A DNA stretch of 64,000 nt, taken from positions 128,001 to 192,000 of the forward strand of contig CAWHCF010000036.1 in NCBI GenBank assembly GCA_963827655.1, in the 5' to 3' direction. Every line of letters begins with the position of its first letter. Position 1 is the first letter of the stretch. The DNA comes from an uncultured Acidobacteriota bacterium. GTDB lineage: Bacteria; Acidobacteriota; UBA6911. This document shows positions 20,929-32,398 of this stretch, piece by piece. A program made the position numbers and the translations under genes. Under the pieces are notes generated by a model, which was not told the origin of the DNA, ran no database searches, and saw only the letters and a list, made by a program, of their open reading frames with translations.

Positions 20929-23900
20929 CTACCATTCGAGCCGGAGGCTGGCGCGGAACGCGCGGGGCCCCGACGCGTCGAGGTTCGAGACGCCTCCGAC
21001 ACCGCTGATCACGCCGACCTGTGCCGCCGATGTGATGGACGTGTTCGGGTTCGCCCAGTTGGGATGGTTGAAGAAGTTGGTCGAGGTCAGGTCGGCCCGC
21101 AGCCGCATGCTCTCTCCGAGAGAGAAGCTCTTGCCGAACCCGACATCAACGATGTTCGACCCGGGCCCCTTGATGACGCCCTTCGCGGAAGATCCGTAGA
21201 AGCCGGGTGTCGGCGCCGCGAACGCGGTTGGATCGAACCAGCGGCTCCGTCGTGCGCTCATCGGACGGGAGGTTCGGGTCGTGGAGCTGGTTGGGCCGGA
21301 TCGTGACATTCGCCGGAGTGCCGCTCGAGGTGAATGCCGTCCCGGTCGGGTCGGGGCCGGTCCAGAGGGGGGTCAGGAACTGACCCGAGTAGTACTGGTA
21401 AACCGTCGAGATGTCCCAGCCGCCGGCGATGGCCCGAACGACCGGGTGGGCGTCCGAAAGGTAACGCTGTCCCTTACCGAAGGGAAGCTCGTAAATCAGG
21501 TAACCCGTGGTCCGGTGTGTAGGGATGTCGAGCCAGACGGAACGCTCGCGAGCGCGGTCATACGCGTTCTCAGGCGTCTCGGCCCGCTCCAGGTCGCCGA
21601 TGTCGCGCGCCCAAACCCAGGAAAGCTGGTAGGCCAGACCCTTGGCGAAGCGGCGATCCATCTCGAGCGTCATCGAGTGGTACTGGTGCCCGGCGCCGTT
21701 GGTGAAGTAGTTGATGCCGGGGTAGTTCGGGAAGAGCCGCGGCTTGTCGATGTAGCGGCGGGCGTCAGGCAGGGGCTGGTTGATGTTATAGCCCCACTCC
21801 CCCTGGCGCGTGTTGGTGCTGATATACGAGGCGCGGAATCCGGTCGACCAGCGCTGGTGCTCGATGGTGAAGTTGTACTGCATGGAGTAGGGTGTGCGCA
21901 GATCCCGGCGCACAGCCTGCGGGAGCGTGACGGTCGCGGGCCCGCCGGAGCTCGCGGGGTAGACACGGGGGAAGATCACCGTGGGAGCGTTCGCGGGGTT
22001 CGTGAACGAAGGTTCGTTGACCAGGAAAGGCACCGGGGCCGTTCCGCCGCCCAGCGAGCGCGGGATGATGTCGTAGAAGATCCCGTAGCCGGCGCGGAGC
22101 ACCGTGGAGTTGCCCCACGGCCGGTAGGCGATACCGATCCGGGGCGCAAAGTTGTTGATGTCGGTGTCCACGAGGCCTTTGCCGGAATACCCCGCCTGGC
22201 TGGCTTCGACCACGTCGACGTAGCCCCGCGGCATGAGCGGGCTGATGTTCCCCGACGTGCCGTCGGGGATCACGATCTTGCCCGAGTCGACATCAAAGAT
22301 CGCCGTCAAGCCGTTGGATTCGATCCAGGTCGGGTGCAGCTCCCAGCGGAGCCCGACGTTGATCGTCAGGTTGGGCCGGAACTTGTAGTCATCGGTCACG
22401 AAGAGATCGTAGCCCCACCGGACGCGGTCGACGCGGATGGGCGGGAACGCGCGGTTCGAGGTGGTCGGGATCCCGAGAAGGAAGTCAGCGTAGGGAAAAC
22501 CTGTGAATCGGTTCGAGAAGTTGACATTGCCGAAGAGGTTGGCCGATGCCTGGTCGTCCGAGAATCGCACTCGGTTGACCAGCAACCCCGCCTTGACATT
22601 GTGACGGCCGTGAGTCCAGGAGAATTGATCCTGATACTGGTGAACGAAGTTGAGAAAGCCGGGATGGCGCCATTCGGTCTGGGTGATGCTCGTCAGCCCC
22701 AGGCCGGAAAAGCTCAGGTTCAGGACCCCGTTGATGTCGGGCAGGTTATCGGCCAGGCCGACGAGTCCCAGTTCGCTGACGACCTCCTTGCCCAGCAAGG
22801 GCCCGTTGCGCGGGTTGTCGTTGTATGTGATCCCGAACCGGGCCTCGTTGATCATGGTCGAGCTTAGCGTATGGGTGTAGCTGGCGTTGAAGTTCCGTGT
22901 GTCGCGAGTCTGCCAGCGCTGGCCGATCGTCGGCAGGTTCGCCTCGTAGTCGCGGCTGTGGCCTTGATTCCAGGTCCAGCGGGCCAGGAGGAACGAATTC
23001 GGCGTGAAGCGGTGATCCCCGCGGATCGTGTAGTAAGTCGCCGGGTCGAAGGAGCGCGACTTCTGCTCGCGATAGTTCTGGCTCACCAGGCGCGACGTGT
23101 CGCCGAAGTTGGGCAGCGGGTAGAAGCGCTCCTGGATCTTCTTCGAGACCGGGTTGATCATCGAGTCGGGGATACGGTTGCCAGCGAACGCGGTGCCGGT
23201 GAATGGATCGCGGATGGTTCCCGCCGCCTGGTCGGAGAAATCTCCGGCGCGCCAGGATGCGAGCGGGACGGTCGGGTTCAGGAGCTGCTGGACCACGCTG
23301 CCGCGCGACGTCTCGAACGAGCCGAAGAAGAACGTCCGGTCGCGGCCGTTGTAGAGCCCCGGGATGATAACAGGGCCGCCGGCGGCCACACCGGGCCAGT
23401 GCCGCACGCCCGAGCCGCGCTCGGCAGCAAACGGATTGCGCGCGCGGAAGAAGGGCGTCTGGTAGTAGTCAAAGACACTCCCGTGGAACTCGTTCGAGCC
23501 CGACTTCGATATGATCGTGACCTGGCCGATCGAGCCATACTCAGCCGTGTTGTTGGCCATGTCGACCCGGAATTCCTGAAAGCTGTCTACATACGAAACC
23601 AGAGGGCTGATCTGGGTGCCGTCCTGGCCATTACTGACTGTGATGCCGTCGATTGAGGCGTCGGATTGATTTGCGCGACTGCCGGCGAAGCGGCGCGTGG
23701 AAGAGCCGGCGCCGGCCTGGACGACCCCGGGGGTCAGGCTCAGGTAGGTCCAGAGATCGCGCGTATTGAGCGGGAGAACCTTGATCGAATAGGCGTCCTT
23801 GGCATCGCTGATCCGGGCCGTCTCGGTTTCGATGAGGGTGGCGCCGGCCGAGACCTCGATGGTCGTCTCGGGTTGTCCGATTTCGAGGCGCACATCGATG

Positions 23901-24211
23901 CGCCTCAAGTCGTTCGCGACCAGCTGGATGTTCTGGACGACGAACTCCTTGAAGCCGGGCATCTCGATGCGGAGGACGTAATCCCCTTCGCGCAGCTGCG
24001 CGAGCGTGTAGGCGCCCACCTGATTGGTCACGGTGGTGTATTTGTAGTTGCTCTTGACGTGGGTCGCTTCGACTGCAGCGCCGGGTACGACGCCGCCCGC
24101 GCTGTCGTTGACGATGCCTGTCATGGTCGCGAAGGTCGTCTGCGCAGCGAGGGGGAGGACGGCCAGGCAAGCCAAAACAAGGACTACAATTGAGAAACGC
24201 ACGAATTGCAT
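20929..24211 (-). CDS. TonB-dependent receptor, frameshift near 21250
   Basis: Signal peptide, GIVNDSAGGVVPGA, KSGSNEFHG, NNFAPRIG; C-terminal ASLRLEW in ORF 20929-21309. Confidence 0.9.
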
Positions 24212-24300
24212 AGGAAACCTCCGGGTTTGGCATCACACTAACAGAAGAGCCGGAGCCAAGTCAACGCCGCCCTATAGGCTTGGGCTCAGTGTGCGCAAGG

Positions 24301-24449
24301 TTCTTGGCGTTCTTCGAGTCTTCGTATTACACGCCGTAATCTCTTGGCAAGTTCTCGTATTCTTCGTGTCTTTGAGTCATAGTGGTATCTGTTAGACAGC
24401 TCTAACCACGAAGACACGAAGGCACGAAGAAACACGAAGAGCACTTTGA
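24301..24449. repeat. Palindromic-repeat family, extra partial arm plus complete unit (loop A)
   Basis: TCTTCGTGTCTTTGAGTCATAGTGGTATCTGTTAGACAGCTCTAACCACGAAGACACGAAGGCACGAAGAAACACGAAG; near-identical to 14844 including downstream GCACTTTGA. Confidence 0.9.
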
Positions 24450-24517
24450 AACTTTGCATCGCTTGTAATTGTATGGTTAGCTCGACCGAGTTCGTTCGTG
24501 GCATAAGGAGAGGTGAG

Positions 24518-25229
24518 ATGATCGATTATCGCATCATAGAGCAGCGGCTCTTCGAGGTCCTTGGCCTCCAGCGGCGTCCGGTCGCGGTCGCGTTCCGGGA
24601 GAGCGCTCCCGCCGGCATATCCAGGTTCACGGGAACGCAGCCCTCCGGGTGCAGCTTCTGGCGCATTGCTGCCGGGGGACAAACCTTTTATACAGTCCCG
24701 AGTGATCATTACAACTGCGCGATTGGCAGCTACACCCATAACCTGACCCTCCAGCAGGATCGCGCGCAGGAGCTCGATCAGACGCTGTCATTCATGACCG
24801 GGCTCGGGTACATCAAGATGGAGGAGGTTGCAAACATCCCGCGGCTGCCCCAGCCGCCGGGTGTCGTGATCTATGCGCCTCTCGCCGATGCGCCGGTCGA
24901 GCCGGACGTGGTGCTCTTTCCCGGGCCGGCCTGGACGCGTAATGCTGCTGCAGGAAGCCGCCTTGCGCGCCGGCGTCGGCGCGCAGGTTCCCCTGTTCGG
25001 GCGCCCCACCTGTATGGCGCTTCCTGCCGCCCTGGCCTACGGCGTCGTTGCCAGCACGGCGTGTATCGGAAACCGCGTCTACACCGACATGGCGGAGGAC
25101 GAACTGTACGTTGCAGTTCCTGGAAAGGACCTGCTCAGAATTGCCGAGGAGGCACAAACCATCGCCGGCGCCAACGCAGCGCTGTACGAATACCACCGCC
25201 AACGTCGGGAAACGCTGGCCACGGAGTGA
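24518..25229 (+). CDS. DUF169 family protein, frameshift near 24925
   Basis: LGLQRRPVAV, GCSFW, HYNCAIG, YAPL..EPDVV, GRPTC, STACIGNRVYT; GAGG RBS. Confidence 0.8.
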
Positions 25230-25247
25230 TGGGTCCCCGTTAATATG

Positions 25248-25398
25248 CTTGGCGGTTCTTGGTGTCTTCGAGTCTTGGCGGTTAGTGGAAGCGCAGTTGT
25301 CGATGTGGAAGGAGAAACCCTGGGCGGCGCCATACTACCGGGCCGGGGTGAGTGGCGATATACCGTGCTTTTCCTGGCGTCTTCGTGTCTTGGCGGTC
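25248..25398. repeat. Two single left arms of palindromic-repeat family (25248-25283 and 25369-25398)
   Basis: CTTGGTGTCTTCGAGTCTTGGCGGT and CCTGGCGTCTTCGTGTCTTGGCGGT. Confidence 0.75.
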
Positions 25399-25408
25399 AG
25401 TAGAACCT

Positions 25409-26743
25409 TTATGCGCGGCGAGACGCGCTTTGGACGCGATCGGCCGCCGGCTTCAGGATTTCCTTCAGCCGCTGGGCGATGATCTTCTCCTCTCCCGGTT
25501 TCAGCGTGTTGGATACGATCGAGATCAGACGTGACGGCTCGCTCGATTGCGGCTTCTCTTTGATTGGCGGAGGAGTGCTCGCCGGGCTCTGCTGGACCAT
25601 CTCGCGGCTCTGGCCCCCGACTACCTCGATCTGAGGCTCGCCGCGCCGCAGCGCTTCCACGACATCCTGCTTGGTCAGCCCGAATGCCTGCTCATCCCAC
25701 CGCACGGCCGCGTGGGGCACCTCGTTACCGATCTTGCGATAGTACATCTCGGCTTCGACGCCCGGGATGGTGGAGAGCGTCTTGACAATGTGCTGGATTC
25801 GCGATTCCCAAACACGGCAGTCAGCCTTGTAGTCGCGTTTCGAGGACCACTCGACCGCCGCAAGCACGCCGACGATCTCCTCTTTCCCCACCTTCATGGG
25901 CCGGCAGATCGAGCCTTCATAGGGCGAGCCGTTGCGCAGGGCGGCTTCGATAAGCCCCTTGCGGCCAAACAGGATCCCGCTGCACTGCGGGCCGAAGAGC
26001 CCTTTGCCGCCGCTTACGCAGAACATATCAGGCCCGAGGTTCGCCAGGAAGCGCAGGCGTTCAAACGGAGGACACATGGCTGCGGCGTCCAGCAGGAAAG
26101 GCACGCCTTTGCGCTTGCATACCGCGATGGCATCTTCCAGCTTCACCGGTCCGGAGTCGCCGTACTCGTACTCCATCATGGCGGTCTTCTGGTTGATGGC
26201 AGCTTCCAGTTCGGCGAGGCTTTTGACGACCACGAGCTTTGCGCCGGCCAGGGCGATGCTGCGATCCCAGACGCTTCGGTGGGTAAGGATTACCTCATTC
26301 TTGAGACCTTCGGTATCGGGCAGGCGGGAAATCTTCTCCGGATCGGTCCCGGCGATGCAGCCGGCCGTCGCCTGGGCGATGCACGCAGCCGATCCGCTGC
26401 ACACTACGGCGGCTTCGGTGCCGGCGAAGCCAGCCAGGCGGGCGCCCACTGCCTTTTGCAATTCCACGATCTCCACAAAGTGATCGGAGGCGCGCTCCAT
26501 GGCGCGATGAACTTCAGGCGGCATCAGAGTACTGGAATAAAAGGTCGCCACGCCTCGTCCGTTGATCAGCGTGCGTACCTTCAGTTCGGCGTAAATGCTT
26601 TCCGCAGCGGCACGGGTCTTGGTTCCCTCGCGCGCCGCTAGCGCCGCAGGCGCTCCCACGGAAGCCAGACCAGTGACGAACGGGCTCATTCCGGCGCCTT
26701 TCAAAAAGAGACGGCGACTCCAGTCAGATTTCTTTCTTTTCAT
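25409..26743 (-). CDS. SelA/DgaE-like PLP-dependent enzyme with Tat signal
   Basis: SRRLFLK Tat motif; LLDAAA, SGGKGLFGPQCSG (PLP lysine), RPMKVGKEEIVG. Confidence 0.85.
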   Translation of the reverse strand: MKRKKSDWSRRLFLKGAGMSPFVTGLASVGAPAALAAREGTKTRAAAESIYAELKVRTLINGRGVATFYSSTLMPPEVHRAMERASDHFVEIVELQKAVGARLAGFAGTEAAVVCSGSAACIAQATAGCIAGTDPEKISRLPDTEGLKNEVILTHRSVWDRSIALAGAKLVVVKSLAELEAAINQKTAMMEYEYGDSGPVKLEDAIAVCKRKGVPFLLDAAAMCPPFERLRFLANLGPDMFCVSGGKGLFGPQCSGILFGRKGLIEAALRNGSPYEGSICRPMKVGKEEIVGVLAAVEWSSKRDYKADCRVWESRIQHIVKTLSTIPGVEAEMYYRKIGNEVPHAAVRWDEQAFGLTKQDVVEALRRGEPQIEVVGGQSREMVQQSPASTPPPIKEKPQSSEPSRLISIVSNTLKPGEEKIIAQRLKEILKPAADRVQSASRRA

Positions 26744-26788
26744 AGCGGCCTCCCCAACCGGGCGGATTATACACCTATGGTACAGATT

Positions 26789-26854
26789 CTTGGTGTTTCT
26801 TCGTGTCTTTGTGTCCTGGTGGTATTTGTTTCGCATCCCTGACCACGAGGACGC
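26789..26854. repeat. Palindromic-repeat family unit (loop B)
   Basis: CTTGGTGTTTCTTCGTGTCTTTGTGTCCTGGTGGTATTTGTTTCGC...ACCACGAGGAC between divergent genes. Confidence 0.85.
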
Positions 26855-26921
26855 CGTGATTGCGCGCTTTACCGGGCAAGCTGTATGATGAGCCCAGCGA
26901 AAACCCTCCGGGAGGAAAGAT

Positions 26922-29900
26922 ATGCCTATCACCAGGATCCTATTGCCGTCCGTTGTGGTGTGTTTTCTCGTGGTCCCCGCTGTCCTTGCCCAGACCTCGA
27001 CAGGTGCCATCCATGGGGTCGTGAAAGACGCCAGCGGCGCGATTGTGGCCGGCGTAAAGCTGACCTTGACGGACCAGGCGACAAACCAGACGCGCGAACA
27101 GATTTCAGGTTCAGAGGGAAATTTCGAGTTCCGAGCGCTGCCGCACGGAGTCTACTCGCTCGCGGCGGAACAGCCGGGTTTCAAGAAGGAGGTCATCACC
27201 GGCATCCTCTTGCAGGTGGCGCAAACCCATCGCGTGGATGTCGCGCTGGCAGTGGGCGCAGTCACCGAATCGGTGGAGGTGGTGAGCAGTGCCGGGTTGT
27301 TGCAGGCTTCCGAGCCCACCCTTTCCCAGGTGATTGACCAGAAACGAGTCCTGGAACTTCCTCTCAACGGCCGGAATTTCATGGGGCTGGTCCACCTGTC
27401 AGCCGGAGTGATCACCAGCGGCAGAGCCAGCGCCACCCAGCGGCAAGCCAACTACGGGGCCGGATTCTCCGTCGGAGGACAGCGGGAAACCTCGAACGTG
27501 GTGCTCCTGGACGGACTGGAGATCAGCGGCCAGGAGATCATGAACTATCCGCTGGCCGTCCCCTCGCTCGAGTCCGTGGCCGAGTTCCGGGTCCAGACGT
27601 CCAACTACACGGCGGAGTTCGGCGGTAACAGCGGAGCTGTCATCAACGTGGCTTCCCAGAGGGGCACGAACGAGTTCCATGGGGACCTGTTCGAGTTTCT
27701 GCGCAACGACGCGCTTGACGCGCGGAATTTTTTCAGCCCGAGCCCCGTGCCTCTGAAGCGGAACCAGTTTGGGTTCACATTGACCGGTCCGGTCCTATTG
27801 CCGAAAATCTACAATGGCAAGGATCGAACCTTCTTTCTCTACAGCCACGAGTGGATCCGCCAGCGCAACGCGATCAGCAGCACGGCGCTGGTCCCGACCG
27901 CCGCCGAACGCGCGGGAGATTTCAGCTTCGTGCAACAGGCGGGATTCGCCATTGTCGATCCCTTCAGCAAACAACCATTTCCTAACAATATCATCCCGCG
28001 GAACCGCATCAATCCGGTAGGACAGGCGTTGCTCAACATGTACCCGGAACCCAATAGCGCGGACCCCGCGCGCAACTATGTCGGCAATCCGCGACGGATC
28101 ATTGACAACGCCATCCCCACGGTGCGGATCGATCACCGGTTGAGTTCGCGCGACAGCCTGTTCGGACGTATTACCCTCAACTCTCCTTTGGACCGGAGTC
28201 CGGGGCAGGCCTTCACCCAATCGTTTCCGGGCTTTGACGCCATTCAGGATGATCTCAACCTGCAGAGTTCCATCGGGCTGACCCACACCTTCAGCCCAAC
28301 GGTCTTGAACGAAACGTTGATCGGGTACGTGCGGTTCAGTCGAGATCGGGTCTCGCAGGACGCCGGACAGCGCAACTGGGTTGAGGAACTGGGCATTCGC
28401 GGCTTTTCCCCTGAGGAGCTGGCGTGGGGGGCGCCTTCAATCACTCCCACAGGCTATCCGGAAGTGGGCTATTCCACCAACAATGCGGTATTAAGGTGGA
28501 TCACACAGTCCATGCAACTGTCGGACAACCTATCGATCGTTCGCAGCAAGCACACGGTCAAGCTGGGTTTCAGTTTGCAGAGCAAACGCCTCAGCCAATT
28601 GCAGCTATCCAATCCCAACGGCGCCTACGGCTTTTCCGGCATGTTCTCGGCCCCTCCGCCGGTGACGACCACAACCCGCTTCCACTCCATCGCCGATCTG
28701 TTGCTGGGATATCCCTCGTTTTTTCGGGTCACTACCCAGGCGCGAACGCCGGATCTGATTTACAAAAACGTCGGCGCGTACTTTCAGGACGACTGGCGGG
28801 TCACGACGGATTTGACGCTCAATCTGGGGATCCGCTGGGAATATTCGGGCCGACCGGTAGACCGCTATGATCGCATCGCCAGCTTCGACCTGGCGACCGG
28901 CCGGCAGTTGTTCGCCGGCCGCGACGGCGTGCCCCGCAGCCTGGCCGACCAGGACTACAACAACTGGGCGCCGAGGATCGGATTTGCCTGGCGGGTCGGG
29001 GGAAGCAATCGGCTGTCGTTGCGCGGAGGCTATGGTCTTTTCTATTCGCCGTCCTTCGGGCTGAGCTGGCGGCAACAGGCGTTCCAGGATCCCTTCGGGC
29101 AATCGTACGACCGGGTGGTGCGCCCGGCCGACCCGAGCAATCCGCTGCCCATTTTCTCGGTGGAGGATCCTCTGGCGGACTTGACCCAGCAGGTCTTCCT
29201 GGACCGCTGGGGGGTCGAGCGCAAGTTTCGCGACGGGTACGTCGGGCAGTGGAATCTGACGGTTCAGTACCTGATCACGAGCAACACGCTGCTCGAACTG
29301 GCTTACCACGGGTCGAAGAGCACTCGCTTGCCGAGCCGCTTGAACTATAATCAGACCGATCCTTTCCCACCGCAACCGCCTGATTTTCGCCTGATCTTTC
29401 CCTATCCGACCCTGGGACCCGTATCCATACTGGAATCTCGTGGAGCGGCCAACCACAACGCGCTCCAGGGGCGCCTGGAACGGCGCTTCGTCGATGGCTT
29501 CACGCTTCTGGCCTCCTATACCTGGCAGAAGACCCTTGCCGACATCGACGCCAGCGATGGGGGCGTGGCCAACGGGGCCGGCCCCTTCGGGCCGCAAACC
29601 ATTACCAACCTGAAAGCCAACAAAGGACCTTCGGTCTTTGACCGCCCCCATCGTCTGGCCTTGAGCAGCCTGTACGAGCTGCCCATCTTCAGGGGCAGGG
29701 GAGGATGGGCGGAGACTGTCCTGGGGGGCTGGCAAATCGGCGCCATCGCCCTGTTCGAGTCCGGCGCGTACCTGACACCTGGCGTTTTCGGAGTTCAATT
29801 CACCGGATCGCGTCCCAATCTATTGGGCAACCCGAATCTGCCGCGCGGCGAGCGCTCCATCGACCGCTGGTTCGACGTCAGCATGCTGGCTAACCCGGCT

Positions 29901-30173
29901 CCCGGACAACTGGGCAACGCCGGCAAGGGAACGATCCAGGGCAGCGGGCACAACAAGTGGGACCTCACCATCCAGAAGAATTTCAAAATCACGGAGACCC
30001 AGAGGATCGAATTTCGCACCGAGTTTTTCAACGCGTTTAACCATCCCCAATTTGACGACCCGATTCTCTTCCCCGGGACCCATCCGCAGGCCGGCAGGGT
30101 CACCTCGGCCAGCGATTTTGGATTCAGCCAGACGGAGCGGGTCATCCAGTTCGGACTGAAGTATCTTTTTTAT
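26922..30173 (+). CDS. TonB-dependent receptor; expected stop after GLKYLF is missing, so the ORF reads on to 30314
   Basis: Signal peptide, GVVKDASGAIVAG, GTNEFHG, NNWAPRIG, QFGLKYLF; the extension is translated repeat DNA. Confidence 0.88.
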
Positions 30174-30199
30174 TCGAGTGGCTTTGGCGCGCAAAGATT

Positions 30200-30274
30200 C
30201 TTGGTGTCCTTAGTGGTCTTCGTGGTTAGCGCAGCGAAACAAATACCACCACGAAGACACGAAGAAACACCAAG
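30200..30274. repeat. Palindromic-repeat family, complete unit (loop B, reverse)
   Basis: CTTGGTG...GTCTTCGTGGT-TAGCGCAGCGAAACAAAT-ACCACCACGAAGACACGAAGAAACACCAAG. Confidence 0.9.
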
Positions 30275-30334
30275 AACGCGCTGGGTGCAATTCCGGGGAT
30301 ATGCCATTTCCTGAGTCATGGTACAATCCCCTTA

Positions 30335-30607
30335 ATGAATAATCCTTCAGGGTGGCATATGAGCGTCATGAGCACCAGAATTACGCAAGGGGGGCGAGTG
30401 GTTATACCTGCGGAATTTCGCCGCGCGCTGGGACTCGAAGAGGGAGACGAAGTGATCCTCAGGCTGGTCGATAGTGAGTTACGCATTACGGGACGCTCGG
30501 AGGCAATCAGGAAAGCGCAGGCGGTAGTCAGGAAGCATGTCCGAAGAGGCAAATCCTTGGTTCAGGAACTGATCCGGGAGCGCCGCCGGGAGGCTGCCCG
30601 TGAGTAA
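30335..30607 (+). CDS. AbrB/MazE/SpoVT family antitoxin (start could be 30359)
   Basis: [27 protein letters not shown]; [14 protein letters not shown]. Confidence 0.88.
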   Translation: MNNPSGWHMSVMSTRITQGGRVVIPAEFRRALGLEEGDEVILRLVDSELRITGRSEAIRKAQAVVRKHVRRGKSLVQELIRERRREAARE

Positions 30608-30746
30608 GTACGTGCTGGACGCGCCAGCCTGGAATTGCTCAACGCTGGAGAGTAGATTCCGTTCGATGCCGAAATGGCCTGGTGACACGTGCTGCGTGTC
30701 GAAACTGTCGATGAAAACAGGCATCAGCGTCGAGGTCCTCCGATGA
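30600..30746 (+). pseudogene. VapC (PIN) toxin remnant with internal deletions
   Basis: GTG overlapping antitoxin end: MSKYVLDA.A, then IPFDAEMAW, then SKLSMKTGISVEVLR-stop, all within 147 bp. Confidence 0.65.
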
Positions 30747-30768
30747 GTTGGCGAGCTCCGGCAGGCGC

Positions 30769-30803
30769 CCTGGTGTTTCCTGGCGCCTTCGTGTCTTAGC
30801 GGT
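30769..30803. repeat. Palindromic-repeat family single left arm
   Basis: CCTGGTGTTTCCTGGCGCCTTCGTGTCTTAGCGGT. Confidence 0.7.
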
Positions 30804-30812
30804 CGGGTTTGT

Positions 30813-32204
30813 TCATGGCAATTCCCACCCCGCCCGGTAGCGGCCCTTGAAGATGGCCTGGGCTTCCGGCTGGCCAGGAGTGCTCATTGTGGCGGGATCC
30901 CAATAGAGCTTCTTGCCGGTCCGCAATGCGGCGACGCCCAGCAGGACGATTTCGGTCAGGCGAGCGGCGTACTCGAATTGCGAACTGGCGGGTGAGCCGC
31001 CCTTGATGGCGTCCAACCAGTCGCGGTGGTGGCCTTTGGAGCGCGCCAGCGTGGCGGCGGGCTTCTTGTATTCCTCGGTCTTCTCGAAAGGCAGCAGGCG
31101 CGGCCGCCCGCCCGCCGCTTCACAGAGCATCTTGCCTTTGTCGCCGATGAAAAGTACGCCGCGTCTGGGAAGGCCGGTTCCTTGCGGCAGTTCCTCCGGA
31201 GCATCCGGCAGCAGACCGCCGCTGTACCAGACGATCTTCAGCGCCGGCTTGTCACCCCCGCGCGCGAAATGGTAATAGCCGATCTCACCATGGGGGACAA
31301 TATCCGCGTCGCCGCCGCCGGCGGGGCGGACTTCGACCGATTGAGGGGCCCGGAGGTCGAACGCCCAGCAGGCCGCATCCAGGTCGTGGCATCCGAAGTC
31401 CCCCAGCGCTCCGCAACCGAAGGCCCAGAAATCACGCCACGACACCGGCGCGTAAACCGGGTGATACGGGTGGGGCTCAGCCGGACCCAGCCACAGGTCC
31501 CAGTTCAATCCGGCCGGCACGGGCTTCGCATCCTTCGGTTTGCCCGTGAGGCCGGCGGTCCAGCGCGAGGTCGGAACCCAGGCGTGCACTTCGCGCACCT
31601 GACCGATGGCTCCATCCCAGATCCACTCGCAGGTCTCCCGTATCGTGTCCTTGGAATGCCCCTGGTTGCCCATCTGAGTGGCCACGCCGGATTCCTTGGC
31701 CACCCGCGCCACGAGCCGAGCCTCGGCGATGTTGTGCGTCAGCGGCTTTTCGCAATACACGTGCTTGCCCTTCCGCATCGCCAGGAGCGATACGTACGCA
31801 TGTAAGTGGTCAGGTGTGGCGCACAGGATCGCGTCGATCGCCTTCTCCTTTTCCAGCATCACGCGAAAGTCCTCGTATTCGGCGCAGCGGGAATTGGGCG
31901 TCTTCTCTGCGAAATGCTTCTCGATCTCCGCGCGCACCGGCCCCCGCCCCGCCACCCCTCGAAAATAGAACGCATCGAGATCCCAATTCTGCGCCGGGTC
32001 CGCTACTGCGATAATCTGGGCGTCGGCGTGACGCATCAACTCGCGGGCGTTCGTTCTTCCCTGACCGCCGGCGCCCACGATCGCGATGTTTACCTTGTCA
32101 CTGGGCGCTACGACCCCACGGCCCCCCAGCACGTGGCGGGGCAAGATGGTAAAGGCGGCCGCGGGCGCGGCGGTGCTGAGGAACCGGCGTCGGCTGGTAA
32201 TCAT
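30813..32204 (-). CDS. Gfo/Idh/MocA family oxidoreductase, Tat-exported
   Basis: SRRRFL, IVGAGGQG, ATPDHLH, HVYCEKPL, WDLWLGPA, GALGDFGCH. Confidence 0.92.
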   Translation of the reverse strand: MITSRRRFLSTAAPAAAFTILPRHVLGGRGVVAPSDKVNIAIVGAGGQGRTNARELMRHADAQIIAVADPAQNWDLDAFYFRGVAGRGPVRAEIEKHFAEKTPNSRCAEYEDFRVMLEKEKAIDAILCATPDHLHAYVSLLAMRKGKHVYCEKPLTHNIAEARLVARVAKESGVATQMGNQGHSKDTIRETCEWIWDGAIGQVREVHAWVPTSRWTAGLTGKPKDAKPVPAGLNWDLWLGPAEPHPYHPVYAPVSWRDFWAFGCGALGDFGCHDLDAACWAFDLRAPQSVEVRPAGGGDADIVPHGEIGYYHFARGGDKPALKIVWYSGGLLPDAPEELPQGTGLPRRGVLFIGDKGKMLCEAAGGRPRLLPFEKTEEYKKPAATLARSKGHHRDWLDAIKGGSPASSQFEYAARLTEIVLLGVAALRTGKKLYWDPATMSTPGQPEAQAIFKGRYRAGWELP

Positions 32205-32237
32205 AAAGAATCTCCCGCTGCTTGATCCAAACAGGCT

Positions 32238-32304
32238 CTTGGTGTCTTCGGGGTTAGAGCTGCCTTACAAATACCACTATGACTCAAAGACACGAAGAAA
32301 CACA
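32238..32304. repeat. Palindromic-repeat family unit (loop A/B hybrid, reverse)
   Basis: CTTGGTGTCTTCGGGGTTAGAGCTGCCTTACAAATACCACTATGACTCAAAGACACGAAGAAACAC. Confidence 0.88.
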
Positions 32305-32398
32305 ACAGCACTTGGGTTGTGAGATATCTCTTGGCTCGGTACAAAGCCCCGCAGTAGACTCAGGGCGGCGCGGAGCGCTCTTACCAGGAGGGTAACTA

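Noticed and set aside
25409-26743. Selenocysteine synthase selA
   Set aside because: It has a Tat signal, resembles the SelA-like/DgaE group, and no selB, selC or selD is nearby
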